From assembly GCA_963815115.1 (NCBI GenBank), contig CAWFFN010000005.1:576001-640000 (forward strand): a DNA stretch of 64,000 nt, in the 5' to 3' direction. The notes under the pieces are model-generated. The model was not told where the DNA came from. It did not search any database and worked only from the letters and a program-made list of their open reading frames with translations. The DNA is from an uncultured delta proteobacterium (lineage in GTDB: Bacteria; Desulfobacterota; Binatia; DP-6). The position numbers were made by a program, and so were the translations under genes. The first letter of the stretch is position 1, and each line of letters begins with the position of its first letter. Below are positions 19,805 through 29,202 of the stretch, in pieces.

Positions 19805-20803
19805 CTAGCGCACGTGCGGCAGGACGCGCTCGCCGAACTCGCGCAGCTGCCCGGTGCCCGAGAAGTTCAGCGCCAGGAGGGAGAGCCCGTGGATGGCTTC
19901 GCGGCGGCGGAGCTCCTCGATCATCTCCTCGGGGGTTCCGAGGAGGGCGACCGGGTGCCGCCGCAGCGCCTCCGGCGACAGCCCGAAGGCGCCCGCCATC
20001 CTGTCCGCCACCTTGGCGGTCTGCGCCGGCGACGCGGTGGGGGCGTAGGTGAACACCGTCGATGCGAAGCGCACGGTCCCGGGTGCCCGGCCCGCCTTGG
20101 CCTCGGCCGCGCGCACGCGGGCGAGCTTGTCCGCCAGGCCGTCGTCGTCGAACCTGCGAATCTCGTCGAACGTGGCCGTTCCGGCGGCGCCGAGCACCGG
20201 GACCATGTGAACGATGTCGGCCCACGTTCCGGCGCGTCGCAGGATGCCGTTCCCGCTCCCGCCGAGCATCAGCGGCGGACCGGGCCGTTGCACCGGTTTC
20301 GGGAGGCAGACCGCATCGGTGAGCTTGAAGTATCGTCCCGCGAATGTGAAGCGCTCCTCGCGCCACAGCCCGCGCATGACCTCGACCGCCTCGTCCATCA
20401 TGCGCAGGCGCTCGGAGACGTCGGGAAACTCGAGCCCCATCATCTCGAACTCGGCGCGTGTCCAGCCCGCGCCCACGCCCGCGATGGTGCGGCCGCCGCT
20501 CGCCTCGTCGAGCTGCGCGAAGAGGCGCGCATGCATCGCCGGGTGGCGGAAGAGGAGACAGGCGACGTGGCTGCCGATGCGGATGCGTCGGGTGCGTTGC
20601 GCCAGGGTCGCCATGGCGAAGAAGAGCTCGTAGGCCGGCACCTCCGTCTGCAGCCCGCCGAGCAATTCGAAGACGTAGTGATCGGGCACGAAGACCACGT
20701 CGAAGCCGAGCTCCTCGGCGAGCTGTGCTTCCTCGACGATGGCCTCCAGACCGGTCTTGTCGTGGGGAGCCTGGCCGCCGCCGACCTGGATGGCGAATTC
20801 CAT
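19805..20803 (-). CDS. LLM-class (probably F420-dependent) oxidoreductase
   Basis: AEELGFDVVFVPDH, RHPAMHA, SGGR...GVGAGW..EF, PKPVQRPGPPLMLGG. Confidence 0.9.
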   Translation of the reverse strand: MEFAIQVGGGQAPHDKTGLEAIVEEAQLAEELGFDVVFVPDHYVFELLGGLQTEVPAYELFFAMATLAQRTRRIRIGSHVACLLFRHPAMHARLFAQLDEASGGRTIAGVGAGWTRAEFEMMGLEFPDVSERLRMMDEAVEVMRGLWREERFTFAGRYFKLTDAVCLPKPVQRPGPPLMLGGSGNGILRRAGTWADIVHMVPVLGAAGTATFDEIRRFDDDGLADKLARVRAAEAKAGRAPGTVRFASTVFTYAPTASPAQTAKVADRMAGAFGLSPEALRRHPVALLGTPEEMIEELRRREAIHGLSLLALNFSGTGQLREFGERVLPHVR

Positions 20804-20821
20804 GCCTGGTTCCCGGGAGGC

Positions 20822-21073
20822 TCAGTGCTCGGGCGGGAAGATCTCGTCGCGGGCCTTGCCGGCGAGCGTCCCCTGGAGCTGCGACAGGGCCTCCTCCGGC
20901 GTTGCGGCGAGGGCCATCAGGCCGTGCGGCGCCCGCGTCAGCGCGAGCTCGCACGGGACGGCCGTGTAGAAGCCGTTCGGGAGGCTCGCGACCATGACGA
21001 AGAACGCTTCACCGTCCTCGGCGCGGAACTGGTACCACTCGACCTTCTGCACGACGTAGGGCGTCTCGCTCAT
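20822..21073 (-). CDS. Hypothetical protein (weak HicB-like pattern)
   Basis: 83 aa with host-like codon usage, co-oriented 18 nt upstream of the LLM gene; GFYTAVP...ATPEEAL. Confidence 0.65.
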   Translation of the reverse strand: MSETPYVVQKVEWYQFRAEDGEAFFVMVASLPNGFYTAVPCELALTRAPHGLMALAATPEEALSQLQGTLAGKARDEIFPPEH

Positions 21074-21159
21074 GTGCCGGGTCGGTAGCCTGAGCGGGCA
21101 CGGGATTCAAGGCGGCGACGGAGGTTGCAACAGCGGATCGGCCATGCGATGCGCGCAGC

Positions 21160-21213
21160 ATGATCACGAACCGTATGCCCGCGCTCCGGCGCTGGTGGTG
21201 GCCCCTCGACTGA
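21160..21213 (+). CDS. trpL: trp attenuator leader peptide MITNRMPALRRWWWPLD
   Basis: 17-codon ORF containing TGG TGG TGG, 114 nt upstream of trpE(G); not in the ORF track. Confidence 0.85.
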   Translation: MITNRMPALRRWWWPLD

Positions 21214-21283
21214 GGCGGCCCCCGGTTCACGTCCGCACCCGGAACCCTGGAAGGAAGCCGCCTTGGACCGTCGAGGCGGCTTC
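21211..21283 (+). promoter_or_regulatory. Attenuator: antiterminator and terminator-like hairpins
   Basis: Hairpin GAAGCCGCCT(21254-63)/AGGCGGCTTC(21274-83). GAGGCGGC overlapping the leader stop (21212-19) can pair alternatively with GCCGCCTT. Confidence 0.75.
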
Positions 21284-21327
21284 GGTGCATCGGGGCCCGC
21301 CGTCTCGGCAGAAGGAGACGACAGGCC

Positions 21328-23604
21328 ATGCACGCAGACACCTATCGGACCCACGGTGGAGTGCTCGTCGAGCGATCACGCGAGGAGATCGCTCCACGGG
21401 ACGCGATCGACGGCATCGTCGGCGCCCTCGACGCCCGGCGCGGGGTGCTGCTCGCGTCGGGCGTCGAGCAGCCGGGGCGGTACACGCGCTGGGACGTCGG
21501 CTTCGTCGATCCACCCCTGGCGTTGACGTCCCGGGGCCGCGAGTTCCGGCTCACGGCTTTGAACGGCCGCGGGCGGGTGCTGCTGCCGTTCGTCGCTGCG
21601 GCGACCGGTGCCGCGTGTGACGGGGACGAGGCCATCGGCACGGTTCCTCTTCCCGCTGCCGGCTTCGCGGAGGAGGAGCGGACCCGCCAGCCGTCGGTCC
21701 TGTCGGTCGTGCGCACCGTGCGCGACCTCTTCGCGAGCCCCACGGACCCGCACCTCGGGCTCTACGGCGCCTTCGGCTACGACCTCGCGTTCCAGTTCGA
21801 GCCCGTCCAGCTCCGCCGGCCGCGTCCTCCGGAGCAGCGTGACCTGGTCCTGTACCTGCCCGACGAGCTGGTCGTGGTCGACCACCAGCGCGAGCGCGCC
21901 GTGCGCGCGCGCTACGAGTTCACGCTCGCCGAGGGACGCACGCGCGGTCTGCCACGCGACGGCGATGTCCGGCAGTACCGGCCTGCACTGCGCGCTCCGC
22001 ATTCGGCCGACCACGCGCCAGGCGAGTACGCGGCCACGGTGCGCGTGGCGCAGGAGGCCTTCCGGCGCGGCGATCTCTTCGAGGTGGTTCCCGGGCAGAT
22101 GTTCTTCGAGGCGTGCGCGGCCCCGCCGTCCGAGGTGTTCCGCCGCCTCCGGGTACGCAATCCGGCGCCGTACGGCTTCCTCGTGAACCTCGGCGCCAGC
22201 GAGTACCTGATCGGCGCCTCGCCGGAGATGTACGTCCGCGTGGACGGCGACCGCGTGGAGACGGCGCCCATCTCGGGCACCATCACCCGGGGACGCGACG
22301 CGCTCGAGGACGCGGCCCAGATCCGCCGGCTGCTCGAATCTGCCAAGGACGAGGTCGAGCTCACCATGTGCACCGACGTCGACCGCAACGACAAGGCGCG
22401 CATCTGCGAGCCGGGCAGCGTGCGAGTCATCGCCCGGCGCCAGATCGAGCTCTACTCGCGACTCATCCACACCGTCGACCACGTGGAGGGGCGTCTGCGC
22501 GCGGGCTACGACGCCCTCGACGCGTTCCTCGCCCACGCCTGGGCGGTGACCGTCACCGGCGCGCCCAAGGCCTGGGCGATGCAGTTCATCGAGGACCACG
22601 AGCGCTCGCCGCGCGGATGGTACGGCGGTGCCGTCGGCCGCGTGGGCTTCGACGGCCGCCTCAATACCGGGCTCACCTTGCGCACCATTCGCGTCGCCGA
22701 CGGCGTCGCCGAGGTGCGCGCCGGCGCGACGCTGGTCCACGATTCCGATCCGGAGGCCGAGGAGCTCGAGACGCGCGTCAAGGCGGCCGCGCTGCTCGAC
22801 GCCATCCGGCGACCCGCCGCGAGGGCTCCGCAGACGCCCTCCCGCGCTCGTCCCGGCACGGGCAGGCGCGTGCTGCTCGTCGACCACCAGGACTCCTTCG
22901 TGCACACGCTCGCCGACTACTTCCGGCAGACGGGCGCCGAGGTGACGACGCTGCGGGCGGGGTTCCCGCCCGCCGAGCTGGATCGCCTGCGCCCCGACCT
23001 GGTGGTGCTCTCCCCGGGGCCGGGCACGCCGGCCGACTTCGACGTCGCCGGGACGCTCGCCGCCGCGGCCGCCCGCGGCCTCGCGGTCTTCGGCGTGTGT
23101 CTGGGGCTCCAGGGCATGGTCGAGCACTTCGGCGGCGCGCTCGGCGTGCTCGGGGAGCCGGTGCACGGCAAGCGCTCGCGCATCCGGGTGCTGGGCGGCC
23201 GGCTCCTGCAGGGGCTGCCGGCAGAGTTCGACGCCGGGCGCTACCATTCGCTGTATGCCGTGCGCGACCGGATGCCCGCCTGCCTGGCGGTGACGGCCGA
23301 GAGCGAGGACGGCGTGGTGATGGCGGTCGAGCACCGCGAGGGGCCGCTCGCCGCAGTGCAGTTCCATCCCGAGTCCATCCTGACGCTCGCCGGCGGGGTG
23401 GGGCTGCGCCTGGTGGAGAACGTGATGGAGTGGCTCGCCGATCTTCAGAGCAGGTCGAGAAACGCGAGCAGCGCCGCCCGCTCGCCGGGATCGAGCGGCT
23501 CACCCCCCGAGCCGGGGGCGGCGTCGTGCAGGAAGCCGTCCGGCATCACTCGCGCGCGTGCGAGGACCGATGGGAGGTCCGGTGACGAGCCGTTCGTGAA
23601 GTAG
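21328..23604 (+). CDS. trpE: Bifunctional anthranilate synthase TrpE(G)
   Basis: Chorismate-binding domain (GDLFEVVP, GASPEMYVRV, ELTMCTDVDRND, TVTGAPK) fused to a GATase domain (DHQDSF, SPGPG, GVCLG, RYHS, QFHPES). Confidence 0.96.
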   Translation: MHADTYRTHGGVLVERSREEIAPRDAIDGIVGALDARRGVLLASGVEQPGRYTRWDVGFVDPPLALTSRGREFRLTALNGRGRVLLPFVAAATGAACDGDEAIGTVPLPAAGFAEEERTRQPSVLSVVRTVRDLFASPTDPHLGLYGAFGYDLAFQFEPVQLRRPRPPEQRDLVLYLPDELVVVDHQRERAVRARYEFTLAEGRTRGLPRDGDVRQYRPALRAPHSADHAPGEYAATVRVAQEAFRRGDLFEVVPGQMFFEACAAPPSEVFRRLRVRNPAPYGFLVNLGASEYLIGASPEMYVRVDGDRVETAPISGTITRGRDALEDAAQIRRLLESAKDEVELTMCTDVDRNDKARICEPGSVRVIARRQIELYSRLIHTVDHVEGRLRAGYDALDAFLAHAWAVTVTGAPKAWAMQFIEDHERSPRGWYGGAVGRVGFDGRLNTGLTLRTIRVADGVAEVRAGATLVHDSDPEAEELETRVKAAALLDAIRRPAARAPQTPSRARPGTGRRVLLVDHQDSFVHTLADYFRQTGAEVTTLRAGFPPAELDRLRPDLVVLSPGPGTPADFDVAGTLAAAAARGLAVFGVCLGLQGMVEHFGGALGVLGEPVHGKRSRIRVLGGRLLQGLPAEFDAGRYHSLYAVRDRMPACLAVTAESEDGVVMAVEHREGPLAAVQFHPESILTLAGGVGLRLVENVMEWLADLQSRSRNASSAARSPGSSGSPPEPGAASCRKPSGITRARARTDGRSGDEPFVK

Positions 23605-25547
23605 GGACGCTTGCGATAGAGACGCCGCAGCGATGGGACGCGCGTCCCCTCGGGATGCACGTAGGGGACGATCCCGGTCTGCTCGCGCGTATCGCGTGCC
23701 CACACGATCGCTCCCGCGGGACTCAGGACGAGACGCTCCCAGTCCGCGAACGGCACGGTGGATCCGGGCAGGTCGGTGACCAGCCGTGCGGCGTGGCAGC
23801 GGGCGCAGCGGTCGCGAAACACCTCCGCCCCGTGACGCTCGTCCGGTGACCAGGTCCGGCGCCCGGCGACCGACGGATTCGGCCGGTGCGTGAAGCCCAT
23901 CAGGAAGCCCATGAGCGACCGCCGCAGGACCTCGGGGGACAACGGCCGCGGTCCGACGCCGAGCGTCGCGAGCCAGGGCAGGTCGGCGACGCCGAGCGCG
24001 AACCACGAGTCGTGCCGGCTGCGCAGGCCGGCGACGTGGAACTCGTTGTGCACCATGCCCGCAAGATCGGGATCGAGCGCGCGCGAGAAGTAGGGCCGGT
24101 CGTTCGCGAGGCCGAAGAGCGGGCGCGTGGTCACGCGGACGTCGTCGCGCCCGCTGTTGTGCACCCGGCCGTCGATACCGCCCTCGAAGTGGCAGGTCTC
24201 GCACGTGAAGCGGCTGAGGGATCCGCGGGTCCGGTTCCACGGCGCCATCGCGGTGGTGAAGAACAACGCCTCCCCGACACGCGACTCGACGGAACGCGCT
24301 CGCCGTTCGGGGTCCGGTACGGCGATCGGGCGCGGCGTCCCGCCGCCATCGTCCACCACCCAGGCGTCGAGCAGCGGATCGGCCACCACGGTGCGCCCTC
24401 CGGCGAGGGGCGCTTCCATGACGCCACCCGGGACGAAGCTGCGGGTGACGATCTCGGGACGGGGCCAGAGTCCCTTGCGACCGGCGCGGCGGTCCGGCCA
24501 CGACAGCTCGGCGAGCGGCGCGTCACCATAGCCCCGGACACGTAGCCGGACCGGATCGCCGGGAGTCAGCGCGACGATCTTCGGCGTCACCACGCCGAGC
24601 GCGGACACGTTCACCTCCGCCAGGCGCGTGGCCACGGGAGGGGTCCCGGCCACCCGGTAGATCCAGACGAAGGAGTCGATGTAGCCGAACGAGCCCTCGC
24701 GCCGGTCGAGCGGATGATCCTCGACCCCGCCCAGCGCGAGCATCAGGCCGTCGGCGGTCTCGCGTGCATCGACGGACCAGATCGGGCCGTCGTGGGTGAT
24801 GCGCACATCGCCGTCGCGCAGGGGGATGCCGCGCGAGTCCACCGGTCGTATGACGAGCGTGTGGCCGAGGATGCAGTCGACGATCACGTGCCCGGCGGTG
24901 CGCAGCACGTGACGCGGCCCGAGCCCGACCGGCGCGTCGTCGCCGGCGAGCACGGTCCCCCGGGAATCGATCGTGAGGAGGCGGTGATCGTGGTCCTCGA
25001 CGACGTAGAGGACGTCCTCGTCGCCCGCCGCGATCGCGCGCACGGATCGCACGTCGCGCAGGGGGATTGCCGCGCGCCGAACGAGCCGGCCGTCGCGGAC
25101 CGCGTAGTGTGCGATCGCCGGGCTCGGCTCCGCGCTGACGAACACGTCGCCGCTGGAGGTCACGGCAAGGCCCGACGGCTCGGGCGGCGTCGTCACGCGC
25201 TGCAGCTCCCGCAGGTCCTCGTCGAGAAGCACGAGCGCGGAGCGGCCACGCAGCAGGCCGACCAGCAGCGGCTTGCCGGCGAGGTGCTGGATCGCGACCG
25301 GGTCCGGGCCCGTGCCCTGGTCGAATGCGGGCAGGGCGCGGAAGTCGGTGGCGCGCCGCTCGGCCGACTCGAATGCCCGCAGCCGTCCCAGCGCGTCGGT
25401 GCTGGGATCGCTGCGCGCGTCGTCGGGGCGGCCCTCCCTGGCCCCGACGAGCAGGGTGACGACCGCGAGCAGCGCGATGCGCCACCCGCGGCGCCCCCGG
25501 GTCACGGGCAAGTGGGACGCAGGCTCGGCGCGCGACTCACCAGCCAC
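23445..25547 (-). CDS. Secreted beta-propeller plus diheme cytochrome c protein
   Basis: Hydrophobic N-terminal segment, beta-rich repeats, GEALFF...CETCH, GAEVF...CARCH and RVPSLR...PYFTNGS, as in cytochrome c peroxidase-like domains. Confidence 0.8.
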   Translation of the reverse strand: MAGESRAEPASHLPVTRGRRGWRIALLAVVTLLVGAREGRPDDARSDPSTDALGRLRAFESAERRATDFRALPAFDQGTGPDPVAIQHLAGKPLLVGLLRGRSALVLLDEDLRELQRVTTPPEPSGLAVTSSGDVFVSAEPSPAIAHYAVRDGRLVRRAAIPLRDVRSVRAIAAGDEDVLYVVEDHDHRLLTIDSRGTVLAGDDAPVGLGPRHVLRTAGHVIVDCILGHTLVIRPVDSRGIPLRDGDVRITHDGPIWSVDARETADGLMLALGGVEDHPLDRREGSFGYIDSFVWIYRVAGTPPVATRLAEVNVSALGVVTPKIVALTPGDPVRLRVRGYGDAPLAELSWPDRRAGRKGLWPRPEIVTRSFVPGGVMEAPLAGGRTVVADPLLDAWVVDDGGGTPRPIAVPDPERRARSVESRVGEALFFTTAMAPWNRTRGSLSRFTCETCHFEGGIDGRVHNSGRDDVRVTTRPLFGLANDRPYFSRALDPDLAGMVHNEFHVAGLRSRHDSWFALGVADLPWLATLGVGPRPLSPEVLRRSLMGFLMGFTHRPNPSVAGRRTWSPDERHGAEVFRDRCARCHAARLVTDLPGSTVPFADWERLVLSPAGAIVWARDTREQTGIVPYVHPEGTRVPSLRRLYRKRPYFTNGSSPDLPSVLARARVMPDGFLHDAAPGSGGEPLDPGERAALLAFLDLL

Positions 25548-25815
25548 CCGGCAGGACGGGTGGTCCCCCGGCGCTCGGGGGATTGGCCGACGTGGCGCCG
25601 CAGACGGAGAGGTCGTGCTTGCAGCTGAGGACGATCGGCTTCCTGCACTTGGCGCGCTTGCAGCGCATGAGCTTGGGCCCCCGGAGGCCGGGGCACTGCT
25701 GGGTCGCGCAGCTTGCGATCTCGTCCTTGCACGCCGTCACGCATGGTGCTCCCCACGCCGTCGAGGAGCAAAGGGCAAGCACGGCGAGCAACCCGGCGAC
25801 CTGTCGCGTCGACAT
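25537..25815 (-). CDS. Small secreted Cys-rich protein (8 Cys in mature part)
   Basis: SD AAGGAG, signal peptide ending AWG/A, stop overlapping the start of the diheme gene. Confidence 0.75.
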   Translation of the reverse strand: MSTRQVAGLLAVLALCSSTAWGAPCVTACKDEIASCATQQCPGLRGPKLMRCKRAKCRKPIVLSCKHDLSVCGATSANPPSAGGPPVLPGGW

Positions 25816-25911
25816 GGACCCTGTCTCCTTCCGCTGCGCAGGATCCTCCCGCTGGCGATTGAAAGCAAGGCGCCTCGGCCCGCTCGCGGCAGAGACCGTC
25901 CGTGGCCGGCG

Positions 25912-27144
25912 TCAGTCGACGCTGGCGCCCTTGGCAATGACGACGATCCCGCCCTCGCTCACGGTGAAGCGCCTGCGGTCGTCCTCGGGATCGACGCCGA
26001 TGGTCGCCCCGGGCGGGATGACCACGCCCTTGTCGATGATGGCGCGCCGGATGCGTGCGTTGCGGCCGACCTCGACGTCGTCGAACAGGATCGACTCGCG
26101 CACCGAGGAGTAGCTGTTGACGCGGACGCGCGGGCCCAGGATGGAGCGGTTCACGCGGCCGCCGCTGATGATGCAGCCCTCGCACACCATCGAGTCGGTG
26201 GCGATGCCGAAGCGGTTGCGCTGACGATCGGAGAAGACGAACTTCGCAGGGGGAGAGGGGTAGTACGCGGAGAAGACCGGCCACTCGGGGTTGTAGAGGC
26301 TGAAGCACGGCGAGACCGAGACCAGGTCCTCGGAGGCGTCCCAGTAGGCGTCGATGGTCCCGATGTCACGCCAGTAACCGCGCTCGTGCTCGTTCATGCC
26401 CGGAACATCGTTGGTGCTGAAGTCGTAGGCGAACAGCCGGCCGTCGACCAGGCCGGGCAGGATGTCGCGCCCGAAGTCGTGCGTCGAGTCGGCATGGCCG
26501 GCGTCGGCCTTGATGCTGCGCGTGAGCACCTCGGCGCGGAAGATGTAGAGGCCCATCGAGGCGAGCCGCGTCCCGGTGGCGTCGGGCGGGATCGGCGGCT
26601 TCTCGAGGAAGCGCGTCACCCGCTGGGAGGAGTCGCACTCGACGATGCCGAGGCCGCTCGCCTCACTCGCCGGCACCGGGATCACGGCGACGGTGGCGTC
26701 GGCCTCGTGCTCGACGTGGAAGGCGAGCATCTGGCGCACGTCCATCTTGTAGATGTGGTCGGCCCCGAAGACGCAGACGTGCGCGGGCCGCTCGTTCTCG
26801 ATCACGTCGACGTTCTGGAGCACCGCGTCTGCGCTGCCCTCGAAGAAGCGCGGGCCGAGGTTCATGGCGGGCGGCACCGGGGCGACGTAGTGCCCCATCT
26901 GGGTCGCCAGCTGCCAGCCCCGCGCCAGGTGCTGCATGAGCGAGCCCGCCTTGTACTGCGTGATCACGCTCAGCTTGTAGATGCCGGAGTTCACGAAGTT
27001 CGACAGCACGATGTCGACGATCCGGTAGCGGCCCCCGAAGGGGACCGCGGGCTTCGCCCGGTCGCGCGTCAGCGGATACAGGCGCTTGCCCTCGCCCCCG
27101 GCGAGGATGATGCCGACCACCGCGGTGCCGGGCGAGGAGGACAT
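25912..27144 (-). CDS. glgC: Glucose-1-phosphate adenylyltransferase
   Basis: LAGGEGKRLYPLT.DRAKPAVPFGG.YR, DHIYKMD, FLEKP, ASMGLYIF, YWRDIGT. Confidence 0.97.
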   Translation of the reverse strand: MSSSPGTAVVGIILAGGEGKRLYPLTRDRAKPAVPFGGRYRIVDIVLSNFVNSGIYKLSVITQYKAGSLMQHLARGWQLATQMGHYVAPVPPAMNLGPRFFEGSADAVLQNVDVIENERPAHVCVFGADHIYKMDVRQMLAFHVEHEADATVAVIPVPASEASGLGIVECDSSQRVTRFLEKPPIPPDATGTRLASMGLYIFRAEVLTRSIKADAGHADSTHDFGRDILPGLVDGRLFAYDFSTNDVPGMNEHERGYWRDIGTIDAYWDASEDLVSVSPCFSLYNPEWPVFSAYYPSPPAKFVFSDRQRNRFGIATDSMVCEGCIISGGRVNRSILGPRVRVNSYSSVRESILFDDVEVGRNARIRRAIIDKGVVIPPGATIGVDPEDDRRRFTVSEGGIVVIAKGASVD

Positions 27145-27246
27145 CGAGGAGGGAGGCTATAGCACGAGGTGAAGAGCGCGCCGCCAGCGCCAGCGCCGCC
27201 AGCGCCATTGACGGCGACGGCGTGGCTCGGCTAGCGGTGCGCCGCA

Positions 27247-27969
27247 ATGGGGGGCTCACCGTCGCCGTCCCGCACCCTCGACAGGCTGGGGCTGGTCGCC
27301 GTCCTGGGCCTCGTTCTCGGGCCGCTGCTCGCCTGGCTGCGCCTGGTTCCGGGGATCGTCGGCTTCGCCACCTTTGCCCTGGGCGGCATCCTCGCCCTGG
27401 TGGTGGCGATCCTGGGCGTGATCCGGGCCCTCCGTGGCCGCGGCTACGGACGGGGGGTGCTGGTCGCCACGCTCGGCCTGCTCGCCTTCGTCGCCCTGGC
27501 CGCCCGGGGGCGCGGCGCGCCGCGCATCAACGACTTCACCACCGACCTCGACGATCCACCGGCGTTCAAGCAGGCGGCCGCCGATCCGGCCAATGCGGGA
27601 CGCGACCTGTCGTACCCGCGAGATTTTACCGAGGTGCAGCGGGCCTGCTGCAACGATCTCGCGCCGATCCATCTGCCGAGCCCGCCGGCGGCGGCGTTCG
27701 CGATGGTCGAGCTGGTGGCAGCCGGCATGCCGAGCTGGACGATCACGCGCCAGGAATCCGCCGCCGGTGAGCTCGAGGCGGTGACGACGACACCGCTCTT
27801 CGGCTTCCACGACGACGTCATCGTGCGCGTACGCCCGGACGCCGGTGGCGGCAGCCGCGTCGACATGCGCTCGAAATCGCGGGTCGGCCAGGGAGACCTC
27901 GGCGCCAACGCGGCCCGCATTCGCGCATTCCAGGCGGCGCTCCAGGCGCGCCAGCACAAGGCGCGATGA
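27247..27969 (+). CDS. DUF1499 domain membrane protein
   Basis: Three TM segments, then PRINDFTTDLDDPP, FGFHDDVIVRV and RVDMRSKSRVGQGDLGANAARI. Confidence 0.9.
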   Translation: MGGSPSPSRTLDRLGLVAVLGLVLGPLLAWLRLVPGIVGFATFALGGILALVVAILGVIRALRGRGYGRGVLVATLGLLAFVALAARGRGAPRINDFTTDLDDPPAFKQAAADPANAGRDLSYPRDFTEVQRACCNDLAPIHLPSPPAAAFAMVELVAAGMPSWTITRQESAAGELEAVTTTPLFGFHDDVIVRVRPDAGGGSRVDMRSKSRVGQGDLGANAARIRAFQAALQARQHKAR

Positions 27970-29075
27970 AGCGCCTGCTGCTGGGGCTCGTCGCCCTGGT
28001 GGTCCTCGGCGCCCTCGCGATCCGCTGCGGCTTCGCAGGCGGCGCGCGCCTGGAGGACCGGACCGGTCCGCCCGCCCTGGCCGGCGACGCGATCGAGCGC
28101 GTCGCCGATCTCGACCATCCGCCGGGCAACATCGCCGTGACGCCGGACGGACGCGTGTTCTTCACGTTCCACCCCGACGGCGGAGCTCCCATCGCGGTGG
28201 CGGAGCTGCGCGACGGAAAACCGGTGGCGTTTCCGCCTGGCTTCACCGAGTTCCAGAGCGTGCTCTCGGTGCGCGTCGACCGTCAGGGACGCCTGTGGGC
28301 GCTCGACCATGGACGCTACGGGCGCGGGCAGCCGCGGCTGCTCGCCTTCGATCCCGCGACGGGGCGCGAGCTCCAGCGCTACGACTTCCCGTCCGACGTC
28401 GCCGGGCTGTTCTCCATGCTGAACGACTTCCAGATCGACCCGGCCGGTGAGCGCATCTACATCGCCGAGTCGAGTCCGATCGTCGGAAGGCCCGCGCTCA
28501 TCGTGTACGACACGCGGTCGCGCACGAGCCGGCGCCTCCTGCACCGTCATTCCTCGGTGCGCACGGAGGACTACCGCATCCAGGCCCCGGGCCGGGACAT
28601 GACCCTGCTCGGGCTCTTCACGCTTCGCATCGGCGTCGACACGATCGCGCTCGACCGCCGCGGCGAGTGGCTCTACTACGGGCCCGTCACCGGCGGCACG
28701 CTGTACCGCGTGCGCACGGCGGATCTGAACGATACGAGCCTCTCACCCGAGGCGCTCGCATCGCGCGTCGAGCCCTACGCGAAGAAGACCATCAGCGACG
28801 GCGCCAGCAGCGACGATCAGGGCCGCATCTACCTGACCGATCCCGAACACTCGGCCGTGCTGACGGTCGAGCCCGACCGCACGCTGCGCACCGTCGTGAA
28901 GGACCCGCGGCTGCGCTGGCCCGACGGGCTGAGCTTCGGGCCGGACGGGTGGGTCTATCTCACCTGTAGCGCGCTGGAGGACGTGCTCTTCCGCTCCGCC
29001 GGCGCGCGGCGCGCGCACGCGCCGTATCAGATCTGGCGCTTCAAGCCGGGCGGGACCGCGCCGGCCGGACAGTAG
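27966..29075 (+). CDS. Major royal jelly/Yellow-like beta-propeller protein
   Basis: PGNIAVTPDGRVF, SV..D.QGRLWALDHG, LNDFQID, DPRLRWPDG; ATGA overlap with the DUF1499 gene. Confidence 0.85.
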   Translation: MKRLLLGLVALVVLGALAIRCGFAGGARLEDRTGPPALAGDAIERVADLDHPPGNIAVTPDGRVFFTFHPDGGAPIAVAELRDGKPVAFPPGFTEFQSVLSVRVDRQGRLWALDHGRYGRGQPRLLAFDPATGRELQRYDFPSDVAGLFSMLNDFQIDPAGERIYIAESSPIVGRPALIVYDTRSRTSRRLLHRHSSVRTEDYRIQAPGRDMTLLGLFTLRIGVDTIALDRRGEWLYYGPVTGGTLYRVRTADLNDTSLSPEALASRVEPYAKKTISDGASSDDQGRIYLTDPEHSAVLTVEPDRTLRTVVKDPRLRWPDGLSFGPDGWVYLTCSALEDVLFRSAGARRAHAPYQIWRFKPGGTAPAGQ

Positions 29076-29187
29076 GGCAACGCGCTCGCGAGGAGGCGAA
29101 CCCATGTCGCTGGCCGGGTTGGCTGCCGGACGCCGCCGGTCATGATGCGGCCTCCGACCAGGCGCTTGCGACGCGCTGCCCCTATGT

Positions 29188-29196
29188 TGTTACAGT
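29188..29196 (+). promoter_or_regulatory. Extended -10 promoter of the mazEF pair, probably leaderless
   Basis: TGtTACAGT followed by ATG 6 nt later, no SD, within an AT-rich operator-like patch. Confidence 0.5.
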
Positions 29197-29202
29197 TATC
29201 AC

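Noticed and set aside
16302-25547. Functional link between trpE(G) and the two flanking diheme proteins through Trp chemistry
   Set aside because: The genes are on opposite strands with unrelated genes between them, and trpE(G) has a normal biosynthetic attenuator; proximity is the only support.
27176-27206. Short GCGCCGCCA/GCGCCA tandem repeat
   Set aside because: A low-complexity intergenic run with no spacers and no cas genes, so not CRISPR.
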